Source: a virus (Duplodnaviria; Caudoviricetes). Taken from it: 64,000 nt of DNA. Shown one piece after another: positions 63,851-64,000 of the stretch (position 1 is its first letter; the number at the start of each line of letters is the position of its first letter). Below the pieces are notes generated by a model. It was not told the DNA's origin, did no database searches, and worked only from the letters and a program-made list of their open reading frames with translations. The position numbers were made by a program, and so were the translations under genes. The DNA is taken from positions 94,100-158,099 of IMG/VR virus record IMGVR_UViG_2706796257_000001; one strand, given 5' to 3'.

Positions 63851-64000
63851 AATCCAGTAACCTCATGGAAATCACCCCAGATATCTGCAAACGTATTAGC
63901 AACATCTTTATCACGCCGCATCTTTATCGCAATCGGAAGGAACAGTTTAACATAATCGGTGCGACCATCAGCGGCCAACCAACCATTACATTCACTTTCC
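63847..64000 (-). CDS. 30: DNA ligase gp30, C-terminal end
   Basis: ECNGWLAADGRTDYVKLFLPIAI..GDFHEVTGL* as in T4 ligase. Confidence 0.95.
   Translation of the reverse strand, partial: ESECNGWLAADGRTDYVKLFLPIAIKMRRDKDVANTFADIWGDFHEVTGL

Overview
A 64-kb segment of a lytic T4-like myovirus (Tevenvirinae). It is colinear with the T4 map from rI.-1/rI/tk through vs, regB, lysozyme e, the tRNA region, genes 57B-4, the baseplate/tail/head block (53 to 24), rnlB, hoc, inh, segE, uvsW/uvsY, the hub genes (25-54) and alt, to the 3' end of DNA ligase gene 30. The duplicated gene 24 and the three-tRNA set (CAU, Gln, Arg with an adjacent homing endonuclease) resemble Salmonella S16-like phages; this assignment is an inference from memory, not a search result. 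About 50 kb is an ordinary, intact virion module. Most notable features lie in the first 12 kb: a GC-rich structured non-coding leader in front of the P-loop NTPase vs.8, a frameshifted Acb2 (vs.4) sponge with an intact Acb1 (57B), a doubly broken macrodomain gene (tk.4), a gp30.3-like NADAR gene at a non-T4 position, five capsid-targeted internal proteins (two are paralogues), two candidate ncRNAs in the tRNA cluster and a tRNA-Arg with a swapped elbow pair. A SLOG gene is coupled to RNA ligase 2, and gp12 has a non-T4 tip. Gene names come from recalled similarity to T4 proteins plus synteny; no database search was run.
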